DNA from: Lama guanicoe
Lineage: Eukaryota
Direction: 5' to 3'
NCBI GenBank assembly: GCA_013239625.1
Contig: MU054187.1
Coordinates: forward strand, 8,652,358 to 8,716,357
DNA: 64,000 nt
This document shows, one piece after another, positions 37,118 to 49,582 of the stretch (within the stretch, counting starts at the first letter, position 1; each line of letters opens with the position of its first letter). A model generated the notes under the pieces. It was not told the DNA's origin. It worked only from the letters and a program-made list of their open reading frames with translations, and ran no database searches. The translations under genes were made by a program, and so were the position numbers.

Positions 37118-37529
37118 TTAGTGATTATTGATTTTGAGTTGCCATTGGCTGTTTCCTACGAGAGCACTTCCTATCCTTGGGAGTGTGTTTGCGATACTGA
37201 TGAGTCAGATTGTTCTCTATTTAAAACTTGCTACCTATTTCTATTTCTGGGAGCTGGAGATATCAAGCCAGCTTAGAGCTCGTCTTCTTTGTTCCGGGGG
37301 AAAAAAAAAATCATTGCTCTGGGTGACAAGTATAAAAGAATTGATGGTGGTGCTTGCTTGACGAGAACCTGGAGTGGCTGCTTTGATGATTGTAGTGGTC
37401 CCTCAGCCAGGATTAATTAACATGCATCCATTTATTTGACTACAGAGTCTTGTGGGAGGAAAAGAGACAGAATCATGATTATCTTACTTTGATAATCAAC
37501 GTCACTATAACACTTTTTTGATGGTCACG

Positions 37530-37738
37530 GGTGTCTGTACGCATTTTTTTCTATAAAGGTTCAGGCAGTGAATATTTCAGGCTCTGTGGGCCACAGGGTC
37601 TCAGCACAGGTCCTCAACTCTGCTGCGGGGAAGCAGCCATAGCTCATACGGAAACAACGGCTGTGTTCCAGTAAAACTATTTATAAAACCAGGTGGCAGG
37701 CTGGACGTGGCCCTGGGCTGTAGTTGGATGACCCCTGG
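37530..37738. mobile_element. MER58A-like MITE
   Basis: gaatatttcaggctctgtgggccaca...ggctgtgttccagtaaaactatttataaaaccaggtggcaggctgga...gacccctg. Confidence 0.85.
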
Positions 37739-38199
37739 GCTAGGGTGACTCCAACAGAGGCTGCCTGCAGGAGAGACAAAAAAGATTTTATAGGAGGAAA
37801 GTGATTAAAAGGAAAGAAGGGTCCAAACCAGATAAGCAAACTCTAGGGCTGGGGTTGCTGGAGGGGAGGACTGGCCTGAGGCCCCGAGGTGGGGCAGGGC
37901 CACAGTGTGAGGGGAGCTCCCGCATGCTGTCCTCCCTTCCCCAGACCACGTGCTGCGAAACCTCCCATGACCCCGTGACCGTCCTGACGGAGCAGCGGTC
38001 CGTAGGCAAGGCGTCCGCTCTTAAATCTGGGGGGTTTGCTGTTGATGCAAGAAAGGGGCTCTTCTGCAGTCTGGCCAGATGTTCTAGTGTCTTCCTTTCT
38101 AAGGTGATGTATCTGCGCAAACTAAGCTCTGTGGACAGAGCAAATTCCTACAGGTCGTGGTCTTTTCATGAAACGCCATAAGGAAAGAGGACATTGGAT

Positions 38200-38310
38200 G
38201 AAACGCAGTTATTATCATTTGCATAACAAAATGAATGTGACCTCAGCCTCCACCCTAATGGGGCGGTAGGACTGGGGGGGTGCACGCTGACTACAGTTAT
38301 TAATTAATGT
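38200..38310. promoter_or_regulatory. Candidate pluripotency/neural-progenitor enhancer core (OCT-SOX composite, KLF/SP sites, nuclear-receptor half site)
   Basis: ATTTGCATAACAAAA 38217-38231; TGACCT 38238-38243; CCACCC 38250-38255; GGGGCGG 38260-38266. Confidence 0.45.
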
Positions 38311-39149
38311 CACAAACGGGGAAATCGTCTCTTCTTTGTTCTTTGGACACAGGTGTTAAGCTGAAGGGAGCTGTGAGTTCAGAGCCTCTCCTCAGCCTAG
38401 GAGTGTGATGCAATCATCAAAGATGGACTTCGGTGGAAATGAGAATAACTTACTGGATGAGAAAGTCAAGATGGATTAAAAGAAGGTTGGTCTCCAGAGA
38501 TCTAGTCTGAGATCAGTTATAGAAACAAATTATTGCCCCGGCCCTTCTAGCCAACGAGGCAAATCAGGATTTCATATGATACTAAAAATAAGTTTGTGCC
38601 CTTCGGTGATTCATATTTATATACCCTTTAGAGTCCTCACATTGCATACTCACTCACTACTTTATTTTATTATCAGAACAGTGTGTGAGGCAAGTGGGAG
38701 TAGTGTTCCTATGATCCCCAGTGTTTTCTCAGATGTGATAACCAAGACCCCCAGATTTTCAGTGATAAGCTTAAGGTTCCAGAAGAGCAAGTCCCCATTG
38801 CTACACTGGTCTCCATCCCAATCTGTAGTTCAAAATCCCATGATCCCCGCACCCCAGCTGCCCCAGCACCTTTACTTGTGCACCTCGGGGTCATACCACT
38901 CCTCATAAAAAGGAGCCCGGAAGAGGGCCCCAACAGAGCAGCTCACTCGCCGCCACCTTCTCCTTGCTGAGGTGAGCTGCCTGCTGCTGCCAGCGCCTGT
39001 TGACTGCCTAGTCACCCCACGCTGGTTCTTTAGTTTGGATCAAGGTAGAAGGAGTCATGGAAACGGAACTGAAGAATGCAGAGCACACAACCAGGGGATG
39101 CTCAGTTTCCTGGGCACAGTGCTACACAGAGGTCCAGCGCATGCTGGGA

Positions 39150-39310
39150 AGCTTCGGGCAAGTTACTTACCTTCTCTGTGCCTCAGTTCCCTCTAATGTA
39201 GGATAATGATGGGATGGACCTCAAGGAAACGCAGTAGGGATTAATGGACTTAACATGTAAAAGTGCTTGAAGCAATGCCTAGCATACTGTATGTACTAGG
39301 CAAATGTGAG
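39150..39310 (+). mobile_element. MIR SINE
   Basis: gggcaagttacttaccttctctgtgcctcagttccctc...aaagtgcttgaagcaatgcctagcata. Confidence 0.9.
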
Positions 39311-39729
39311 ACGGGATGCGCTCAAGGAAAGAAGTCTTGAACAGGAATCAGAAAAAGGAAGAATCTGCTCTGGCTACTGAAAGTGTGACCAAGAACAAGT
39401 TATGTCACCTCTCAGGCTCCTGTTTTCTCCTCTGTTAATAGCAGCAACAATATCTATCCACACATTTGTACAGAAGAGTGATAGAGCTTTGTCAAGTACT
39501 GGTCAAATTAACTACCGTGGTAATTACCTTCTTTGCGAGCGACTTGTATCACACAGTGCAATTTTGGGACTATGAAGCAGAAAATGTCAGAAAGTGATTT
39601 ATATAAAATGTAAATGCGACCTGGTTACCCCTTCTTAAAATTCTATCACACTCGGACAAAAAAAAGAAAGAAATGCCATCAACCCTCCCATCTCTAGCTG
39701 TCAAAATCCTGTGCCTGCAGAGAATTCCA

Positions 39730-39965
39730 ATAATTGCTACCATTTGTGGGGTCCTCACTCTGTACAAGACCCAGGGAGTTACATACATTAGCTCCTTTAA
39801 TCCCATGGGAATGCCGTAAGTGTAACAAACCCAGTTTTACAGGTAAGACATCTAAAACTCTGGGCGGTTAAATAATTTGTCCCATGTCAGCAGCCTGCAA
39901 AGAGCGAGGCAGATTCAGCCCAGGCCCTTGGCCCCTAAAGACTACACCTTTAACCAACTCCACGT
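39730..39965 (-). mobile_element. MIR SINE
   Basis: ctcctttaatcc...cccagttttacaggtaagacatct...gattcagcccagg. Confidence 0.75.
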
Positions 39966-40129
39966 GCTCTCTCCACCAAAAGGAATCTCTCCTACTCTGA
40001 AACAATACAGTACTTGGTTCATATTCTTTTCATGGGAATACAATTCTACTTTGAATTACAATCTTTTTCTACACATTATAGGTTACCTGCTGGTTTATAG
40101 GCTTCGCAAAAGCAGAGGCCAAGCTGGTG

Positions 40130-42420
40130 CACCTGCATACCCCAGTGGTCCGTCGGGTGCCCGGAGCGGAGGAGAAACAGGAGCTCCAGGCGGGAAGGGC
40201 CCATTCACGACTTGCTTGAGCTTGAGCTGCCTTCCGCAACCCCCTACCTCACAGGACTGCTGTGAGGGTTGTCAAGTGACAAAACGAACACAATTTAGTA
40301 ACAAGTTGGATATCCTTTATTCAAGGGAAACCAACCCATGGGGTGGGAGTACAGAGCCTCTTGGGGGTGGGGCACACACACGCCTCCCGTTGCCAGGCAA
40401 CAGCGAGTTTGTAGCAGTGAGAAGCGGCTACGGGAATCAGGGCGTGTGGACCTGGAGGTGGGGGATGTCCTTAGGAGACCGGCAGGTCCTGGTTTCCAGG
40501 GCGAGGTGAACTTGCGAATGCTAAGTTAGAAGACTGTGACTGCTGTGCGGTGGCTTCCTTGATACCGAGGTCCGTTGGTTAGGTGAGGGCAGACGTGGGT
40601 GTAGATTTGTGACGTGGGCCAGGCCACTCGGGTGACCTCCCAGAAATGGATCCAAATATTCTAATTACCTTTATCGGGGTCGATTAAGAGGACACAGTTA
40701 AAATCACTCTGAAAACGACAGAGTACTGCCAACGTGGTCACAATTCAAGTTTATTAAATTGGATTCAAATCTGAGTGGTCTGTGGGGTAGATTGGCTCTG
40801 AACCTGGAAGGGACAGTCCATGGGGATTTGAGCGCAGCTAGGGGAAAGCCGGGAATTTGTCTGGGAAGTAGGACAGAGAAAGAAGGGGTTGGTTACATGC
40901 CACCAGCACTTGAAACCGCCTGCGCCACTGTGTGCCGCCCACAGACCTGGGAGACCAGCGCCCCTGCAGGTCCCGGGGGAGCAGTGCTTTCGCACCAGAA
41001 GGTGCTGCGCTCTTTTTCCAGACGTGTACGATGCCATCCATTCACCGGAGCTGGGATCCACAGACCCAGCTCCTCCAAGCTCTCCCGCCGCACATAGTAG
41101 CTCTAGAAATACTTCCAGGTGAGCTCTGCAAGAGACTGACTGTCGTCGTCAGTTCTTCAGTTTTCACCAGGTTTACCAAGGGAGCCTTAAGTGGTGAGAA
41201 CAGCTTGTTTCCTTGACAGCAGAAAATCGACAGCTTTTTTTTTTAATCCTTTGTTGTCTGTCAAGAATTCCATAGAAATAATTGATGCCTAAAAACACAA
41301 GGAAAAGTGCATTTTTTCCCAACTTCAGGGTTTGCTTCCAAGGAGATTGACAAGAGGGAGGAGGAGGGTTTCTGAAACATGAGCGGTGAGCCACAAAGAC
41401 CCTGGGAAGAATGGGGGACCAGCTACCGGCCCAGACATTGCCTTTCCCCAAGTCAGGGATGTCTTTGCAGCCTCGGGACCAGCAGGCTGCCTGGGAAGCA
41501 AGAAGGCAACATTTCAAAACAAAAACAAACCACAAGCAAACAAACACTGCGGAAAAGGGACAACTCGGTTTGCACAGCCGACTGGGGCCCAGGCAGAGCT
41601 GCGGCTCCAGGCCTGGCCTGGTTCTCACTGGTCTTCAGGTCTCAGCCTCCGGAGCAGCGCTGCGCACTGCCCGGGGGGCTCCCTCCACACCCGGGTTTCT
41701 AAAGTGGGGCGAGGGGTCGGCCGCTGCCGGAGCTGTGAACCCCTGCATTCCCAGGCCCATCGATTATTAAAGAGCCATCGTTTAAAAAAGACTTGCCGAG
41801 GGTGGCTGTGAGCGACTTGCCTACACTCTAGAGAAAACAAAGAGGGTGGAGGTGGGGACGGGGAGGGCAATGGGGAACCAGGCGCAAATGCAGCTTTCAA
41901 GTTCAAAAGGCCTATTTTGCATGAGAAAACACACGGGGACTGGAGGACCGGTGGTAGAAATCGCCCCTCCCCCGTCTGTAATATCGGCTCAGCAAAAAGT
42001 CGGGATTAAAATCATCGGCCTCTGGGACACCTTAAAAAATCCCTTTCTTCTATGTCCTTATGTACAAGGGTAAAGACCAGCTTTCCACGTCCAAGTTGCG
42101 AGTGCTGAAGGGAGGGCGAGCAGTGGGGCGCCCAGCCGGAGCCTCCGTCCTCTGCCCGTTCCCGATTCCATGGCCTGAGGCGATGGTTTGCATTTTTAGG
42201 ACAACAGCCGGCTTTCCGCGAGCAGGAGACCTCTCGTCAGGCTTCATTACTGCACACAAAATGACACGAGCGAGCCGGTGGTCACACTGCGCCGATGGAG
42301 TGCTGCGAAGCCACTGCCTCTCCTCGCAGTCCCGACCCCTCTTCCCGCCCACTCACACCCCCCACCCCAGTGCCCCCACCTGAGCTCTGTTCCCAGCTGC
42401 AGCGCCTCACCTTGGGACAC
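40130..42420. promoter_or_regulatory. GC/CpG-rich orphan island, densest at ~41540-42420
   Basis: Visibly many CpGs (cagcgctgcgcactgcccgg, gggtcggccgctgccgg, acgagcgagccgg, gcgccgatgg) against CpG-poor flanks; no associated coding exon. Confidence 0.6.
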
Positions 42421-43239
42421 CTCGCCCCTGCTGGAAACCAGGCTCTACCTCCCTGCTTGCTGTTTGATGTATAAATTTCCAGGGACTCAGAGAAGAGCTT
42501 ATTTGCCTACTGAACTTTGTTGTTCCAAACCACCCTTTCTCTTCCTTCCCCTCGGATACACACTTTCTGAGCCTCAGTCTCCATTGGACCATCTCCCGAT
42601 CTGGACAGGATGATTTACCACTCAGATAGCCCGGAATACAAACCCCTCTCCTTACAAAGTCATTTTACCTTTTTAGATACCTCCCTCATTGCAATAATCT
42701 CATGTGTCTGGCCTAGTGCACAACTGCCCTCTTACAAAGAAATCCCCACAGCCCGCAGCTGCAGATTGCACCATCAAATCGTATCTCTTAAGAAGGGGTG
42801 CCCCTCTGTGTCCCTTTTCAAACAAGGCTGAATCTGTTTGCATCAGCCAGGAGACGGGTCAGGATGGTTTGTTCAATGCTGATACACCGAGCGTTCTAAC
42901 TCAATAGATCAAAATCAGGCTATGGAATTACAAGATGACTGGTTTTAAGATTACTGATGATTTTGAAGGAATTCTTTCAGTGGGAAACATTTAAGCCAGG
43001 TTGAACTTGACCTTGAAGCTCCAGTAAACTTTTCTGAAGCCTCTGGGGCTCAAATTATGTGGAAGACTCCTGACAAGTCCATCTGAATCTTTGAAGAGAG
43101 CTCCCGGGAGAGAGGTGAAGTGGAAGTCTAGGAGCAAACCACAGACCACTGGCTAACGGGTGAGATGTGGAAAGGGATATACTGCATAGTAACTTCTTCT
43201 TACCCTTTCCAGGTATGGACTCACACATAATATGAGACC

Positions 43240-43950
43240 CACATAATAAGGCTCACATAGATAGAGGCTTCTTTTTCCTTTGCTTAGCAGTCTGGGGATG
43301 GGCAGACCAAACTGACAGAGCAGGTCTGCTTTGTAAAGTTATTCGGGGATCCAAGCTCCTTCTTTCCCATCATTTGATACTATTTTGGCAGCAGTTCTCA
43401 AACTTTAATGTAAACTGTTTCTGTAAAGGACAATATAGTAAATATTTTAGTCTTTGCATCTCACATTTAGTCTCAAGTATATATTCTTCTTTGGTTTTGC
43501 TTTTTTGTTGTTGTTGGTTGTTGGAACTCCTTAAAAATATGAAAACCATTCTTAGCTCCCTGCAGTACAAAAGCAGGCTGTCATAGTCCCTGCTTTCGGA
43601 CCTCAGAATCACCTAAAGGGCTTTCTCAGCCCACCCCCAAGAGTTTTTGATTCAGTAGGTCAGCGTGGGCCCCAAGGATCTGCATTTCTAACAAGAAGTC
43701 ATGTGATGACGATGCTGATGGTTTGGAAACCCTGCATTGAGAACCACAACACTACAGCTTTGTCTTTGCCTTCATGGTCAAAGCTGAATCTCCTGCAAAT
43801 GCACATTCCAGAGCAAAAGAAAAGAAAAAAAGCCTCTTTAAGCATATGATCAAGAAATTGTACCCTTCACTTTCACTCATTTCCCACTGGCCTGATCTTA
43901 GTCAAAGGGCCATGACTAGCTGCAGAAGAAGTTGAGAAATGTAGACGGTG
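43240..43950 (-). mobile_element. Old MLT1 (J/K/L-like) LTR interrupted by nested MITEs
   Basis: ggatccaagctccttc on the left; catggtcaaag..cattccag..cactttcactcatttcccactggcctgatcttagtca..ctagctgcagaagaagttgagaaatgtag on the right. Confidence 0.55.
43390..43750. mobile_element. MER5A split by a MER58C-like insert (~43413-43595)
   Basis: cagcagttctcaaacttt | tctgtaaaggacaatatagtaaatattttag...aaaaccattcttagctc..tacaaaagcaggc | tcagaatcacct..gattcagtaggtc..ctgcatttctaacaag..tgagaaccac. Confidence 0.75.
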
Positions 43951-44944
43951 GTCAGTCTGAGCCCTGCAGTCCTGAAATCCTTTCAGTAGCCCAGCCACAA
44001 GGTGGAAGAAAGAGCCCAGTGTCAGCAATAGAGACGTCGGTGCCAAGTCAGAGGCAAATTCCTGGGATAACATCCCACCTTGTGTGGCCCAGGCCCACGG
44101 CAGGCAGGACATGGCAGCAGTCTTCGCTACACCCGGGAGGAGGAGCCTGTTAGTTACAGGGAGCCTGACGTCAGAAGGGCTCCTTGCTTGCCAGGGTGGG
44201 TCCCTGCAGGACCGTGTACCCCACAGCTCCTTGGGTTAGCAACCTTGCGAGGGCCGATGTTTCCTGTTGATGACCGAAAAGACTGGAATCAAACAGTCAT
44301 TAGCTGGGGGCCTGGCCCATCACGCAGGCAGTTACTGATTAAACTTTCAGCCTAGAGCTGGGAGGCGGTCATGCACATAAGGTCAGAATGAGGCAGGGTC
44401 AGGGCGGGCAGGGGATGTACAGAGACCAAGAGAGCAAACGTCTTCCAGGGCCTGACCCTGCCACGTTCCTGAGCTTGCTCCAACTCAAGAGGTTTTATTA
44501 TTAGGAAGGAGAAGAGGCGAATTCGCTTTGTGGAACAGTTAGCTGATTCTGCCACTCTGGGGAAGAAGGGGACCAGAGGAAGGTCTTCCACACTTTGTCA
44601 GACTGCCCTGGGATGTACTGCACTACCTCCTCGCTACATTCACAGACAAAAAATAACTCGTGACACACCAGAGGGACCTTAACAAGTAGGCGTAATTAAG
44701 CTCCCACTTCCTGAATAAATATCTGTTCTATGTGCCCCTAATGATGCTACAAATTCTACTAATTTCAATTCATTGCTTCAGATACTTCAGGCTTTCAGGT
44801 CTTAATGAGTTTCTAGAAATTTACCAACCACTTGTGGTTAAAATAAATGAGTAAATAATAATAAATCATTTCTATTTTATATTTATACCAAATCAGTATC
44901 AGATTAAACGTAAATTTGCAAATAACCATAAAATTCTTTACAAC

Positions 44945-45270
44945 TTCTTTAAATTGAAGTATAGTTGATTTACAATATTGCATTAGTTTCAGGTATACAG
45001 CAAAGTGATTCAGCTATGTATTTTTTTCAGATTATTTTCTATTTAGGTTATTATTATAAGATATTGAATATCGCTGTGTTACACAGTAGAGTCTTGTTGC
45101 TAATCTATTTTATGTATAGTAGCTTGTATCTGTTCATCACATACTTCTAACTTAACCTTCTCCCCGTTTCTTTTCCCTTTTGGTAACCATAAGTTTGTTT
45201 TCTATTGTCTGTGAGTCTATTTATCTTGTATATAGATTCATTTGTATTATTTTTTTAGATTTCACATTTT
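44945..45270 (-). mobile_element. Camelid/cetartiodactyl L1 3' end
   Basis: aattgaagtatagttgatttacaatattg..tttcaggtatacagcaaagtgattcag...tttggtaaccataagtttgttttctat. Confidence 0.9.
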
Positions 45271-45319
45271 AAAATATTTATGTAATCCTGGGCCAGGAAA
45301 ACCCTCTACAGGGTGGTAA

Positions 45320-46735
45320 AGAGAATATCAATAATGTAATGAATGTCCGATTTGACTACAATAAAATAAATAAGCCACATTCCTAAATATTCCCCTCAAA
45401 ATACAAAGTCAACAGACACAGGGGAAAAACACTTGCAACAAGTGTAGCCATGAAAAATGTTAATACTCTACCCAAAGAACCTGGAAGGCAGTTCTCAAAA
45501 GAGACGTATGCAAAGGACCAAAGAACATAGGAAAACATATATTTATTTTCATTTATATATTTCATTTCAAATATATTCAAATTAAACGTATCTTTTTTTC
45601 TCCTATCAAACTGGTAATTTACTTCCTATAAATTGGTCAGTGTTATAGGGAAAAGGGTACATTACTTCTGTGATAACGGAGATGTGTCTGCAGTTTGGTT
45701 ACATTCATCAAAAGTTTTGAACATGGACCATTGTGGACAGGCTCTTAGGATGGCCCTGATCGCCCGGCTTCCTGGTATTCATGCCCTAGTGTCATGCTGT
45801 TTCCTGGTGTCTCATGGACGCTGTAACCTACGTCTAGCCAACAGAATAAATACAGGAAAAGAAGCGGGGTATATGTGATCACATGGTTATGTTACATAAG
45901 ATGAAACAGTTCTTGCTGGAGTAGGTTCTCTCTCCCTTGCCGCCATATTGTGGGCTGCCTGTGCTGGGAGGCCACAGAGTAGTGACTGTCGGGCCATCTC
46001 TAGGAGCTGAAGGCACCCTCTAGCCTATGGCAAACAAGAATATGAGGCTTTCAGTCCTACAACAGCAAGGACATGGATTCTTCCAACAATTTGAATGAGT
46101 TTGGAAGTGGAAGCTTCCCAGTCCAGCCTCAGGAGACCACAGACCCCAGGGATGACTGCCACCTTGACAAGGGACTGGCTAAGTTGTGCCCAGACTCTTA
46201 ACCCACAGCAACCGAGATCATAAAAGTGTGTTGTTTTAAGCTGTTGAGTTTCAGGTAATTTGTTAGGCAGCAGTAGGTACTAAGACATGTATATTAACCC
46301 CCAAATTCTACTTCTAAGAATTAATCTAAAAGAAACAGCCACAAGAATACTTAAAATAGTATTTTTTAATTATGAAAAATTAGAAGCAATCAATATATGC
46401 AAAAATAGAGAATGTGTTAAACTACGGAAAGTCTACAAAAGGAAATATTATTCAGTTAACAAAAATTATGATGGAAATGAATATATATATTTAAAGAAGA
46501 GCATTTGCATATAATAAATGAAAATAAAATTTCCAAACCAGCCCACTTGCATCATCACTCCCATTTTAATTTTTTAAATGTTTATGCATGTATAGAGTAT
46601 AACCCTTGAAGTTGCATACCAGAGTGTTAATAATAATTGTCCCTGAGAGGTAGGATTATAAATTTTTTTACTGAAAGACATGTATTTTTATAATTTTATA
46701 TACTGAATATTTCTTATCTTAGTGAAACAACAAGA
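45320..46735 (+). mobile_element. Old L1ME fragments flanking an MLT1 insertion
   Basis: aggcagttctcaaaagag and tcctatcaaactgg before; caaattctacttctaagaatt and ggaaatattattcag after. Confidence 0.6.
45732..46287 (+). mobile_element. MLT1 (E/F-like) solo LTR
   Basis: tgtggacag..aggatggccc..cctggtattcatgccct start; gtgttgttttaagctgttgagtttcaggtaatttgttaggcagcagtaggtactaagaca end. Confidence 0.85.
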
Positions 46736-48574
46736 AGCTAAAAATTAAATTTAAATGCAAAATGGAGGGAAGAAAAGTCCTCAGCTTCACGAAAAAGACA
46801 AGACCGAAGACCAATGGTAATGTTAGTTTTTATGGTTAATAAATATAAGATGCAAACGTTTCCAGAGGTGAGTAAGCTGCTAGCAATAACGACTTCCATT
46901 TCTTGTGCATTTACAAGGGACCAGGCACGTGCTAAGAATTTGGAGGGCATGTGTTTGCTTAAACGCAAGTAAGGGTTCAGGTTTATTCCCTGTGTTCAGA
47001 CAGAAGGGCAGCCTATCATCCTCGACTTTGATCCATTCGTACTCCGATTTTATTCCTTCCTGTACATCAGATAACAAGCAAGGCACATCACAAGCAAGGG
47101 GACCACACTGGTCCCCCGGGACCGGATCAACTCCTTCCAGCGTGATCTGGGCACTGATCGCAAACCAGTCAACTAGTTTTCCCATCACACAGCAGTTCTC
47201 AAAACCCTGGAGCTTGGGTTCCAAGGAGCCAGAGAGACGTTCTTTATTTGTTGTGGCGTCTACCACAAAAATAGAAGAGGCCCTTACTGCACACTTTCCC
47301 CTTGAATGACTGCAAACAACAGTTGCTCTTACAGATGCATGGAAAGAGCAAAGATATTTCAGTAGGCTTGAGGACAAGCTAAAAATTACCAGCTCCTCAT
47401 AGGAATTACTCATTCTGCTGGAGAAAAATGGAAGGTTAGCTCTTCCCCAAATCTACCTCATTTTGCAAATCAAGGTTAATCTTGTCTTAATGGCCTTGGG
47501 CAAGTTGTGAAATGTCTCAGACCTCAGTTGTCCCCTTGGTAGAATGAATTTTTGTTACCTTCCCTAGTTAGAAGCTGGTCAGAATAATTTCTGGGTTTCT
47601 GTCAAACTGAGGGTATAAGATTCTGAAACAGATTCTGAAACATCCAGGTGTTTGTTTTGTCAGTCAAAATTTTCTAAAGGGAAGTCTAGAGGACATATGT
47701 GTGACACCATTCAATGGAATGAGTTCAGCTTTCAGAGATTAATATATGGAAACTCTGGGCTTCATAGAAAATTCTTAATTAACTCTACATGCGTCTAGTA
47801 TAATGCCCTCCAGTAGAGTTCCAGAGTCCTGTGAGGTAAAGACTGGTTCCCTGTTCCTTCAGCGGGCGAGAGAAGTCAAAACACCTGCCCTTGGTTAGAC
47901 TGACCAGAGAGAATCACTCCTTGGAAGGTCACTTTTATTGCTTTAAGTCAGTCTAAAGATTTTCTGTCGAAGTATAGCAATGACATCTGTTCATTCTTCA
48001 ATATAAACCAGCCCTTTACCCATGATTTTTCAATATTTAAACAAACAGCCACAACAAAGCTGTGCTGCAGTGTTAACCTTATGAACTTAAAAGCCTGCAC
48101 CTGTACAATGACTAATTAACATGTTCAGTCACAAAGCTGGTAGGTAACAGGTGACAGTCACACCTCTTAATTGGTGTGATTAGCAGTCCTTTTGTTATTA
48201 ACCATTCGCAGCTCCCCTCAAGTGCAAAATGCCACAGGTAAAGGGACCGTGTGGGCAGTGGGTGGAGTCAGCAGGAAGGCTAGACTGAACAAATGTATAG
48301 GACAGCTCAGGCTGCCCGAGAGGGAGGGAAGCATGGTCACTGCAGGAAACTGGCTAAAAGTACCAAATGTAGGCACGGCAGTGATCACATCTAAAGGAGG
48401 CACAATGCTCTTTACTGTTGATGCACATCATGACGTTTTGAAAAAAACCTATTCTTCCAACCTTCATTTTGAATCCTTCAACTTGATCTCACCTCTTGCT
48501 TCAATCCACATTTCCCTATTTTATAGCCTTTTTTAACCTACCTAACTTTTTTTTCCAGCTACCTATCTGTGCCA

Positions 48575-48880
48575 GCCCTTAAGGACTTAAGATGCTTATT
48601 CTACTTTGCTCACAGGTGTGTGGGTCAGAGATCTGAGAAGGGCTTGTTTGGATGGTTCATCTTGATCCACGTGGCCCCACAGTGTGGGGGCGGCTCTGGA
48701 GGATCCACTTCTAAGATGGCCCCTCAGTCTCCACGGGGTCTCTTCCTCCAAGACCTCTGTGCACAGCATGGGCTTTCTATAGCAAGGTGGTTACAAAACA
48801 GTCACACTTCTTACAAAGCAGCTGGTTTCCTCCAAGCGAGCCTTCCAGGAGCAAACAAGGCCCAGGAGGAAGCTACAAGG
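48575..48880 (-). mobile_element. MLT1 fragment
   Basis: tttgctcacaggtgtgtgggtcag...ctggaggatccacttctaagatggc...gtctccacggggtctct. Confidence 0.65.
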
Positions 48881-49369
48881 CTGCTGCGGAGGGCAGTGGT
48901 GGGTGAGTGCGCATTGGCAAGGATGTGCGGGCGATGTAAAAACATAAAAAATGTATCCGTCTAAAGCCCAAAGACTATATGGTACCCATCATCTCTCTTC
49001 TCCCCAAAGAATACAAATAACTGAAGAGGTTTCCGTCTGTATGTACAGAGAGAGAAGGAATTGGGGGCAGCCCTCTTAGAGATAAGCTGCCATACCAACC
49101 TTTCTCATTGTCGTGTTCTTTTAATATTTGCCATAGATAGATTGGTAGATATTGACACTTGTGTATATTTATACAGTGACTCCATAGTTTTCCATATATA
49201 TATCTCGACAAGATAAGGAACTTGGAGCAGTTAAACCATTCAGTTCCCACTATTCCAGGTGATGTACCTCCTAGGCAGTCTGGATCCAAACGACTAACAC
49301 TTTTTTTTTTAACGATGGAACTGGTTGCTAAATGTCATTTAGACTACAATTGATTTTGGCCCTACATCA

Positions 49370-49582
49370 TACTTTGTTATCACACTTTGTCCAGTGTCTC
49401 CTTCCAGCAGAGACTACTAGTTTAGTTACTTTCAAATACGTACTTTGTTATCATACTTTGTCCAGTGTCTCCTTCCAGCAGAGACTACTAGTTTAGTTAC
49501 TTTCAAATACGTACTTTGTTATCATACTTTGTCCAGTGTCTCCTTCCAGCAGAGACTACTAGTTTAGTTACTTTCAAATACG
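49370..49582. repeat. Minisatellite, 3 x 71 bp, near-perfect
   Basis: Units 49370-49440, 49441-49511 and 49512-49582; a single c/t difference in unit 1. Confidence 0.97.

Noticed and set aside
39877..40509. Longest ORF (210 aa) as a protein-coding gene
   Set aside because: Starts at a non-ATG codon inside a MIR, has no recognisable domain, and stays open because the sequence is GC-rich
40759..42613. Cluster of overlapping ORFs on both strands
   Set aside because: Expected from stop-codon scarcity in GC-rich DNA; no homology or exon structure recognised
49370..49582. CRISPR-like array
   Set aside because: Units are head-to-tail with no unique spacers, there are no cas genes, and the DNA is mammalian; it is a minisatellite
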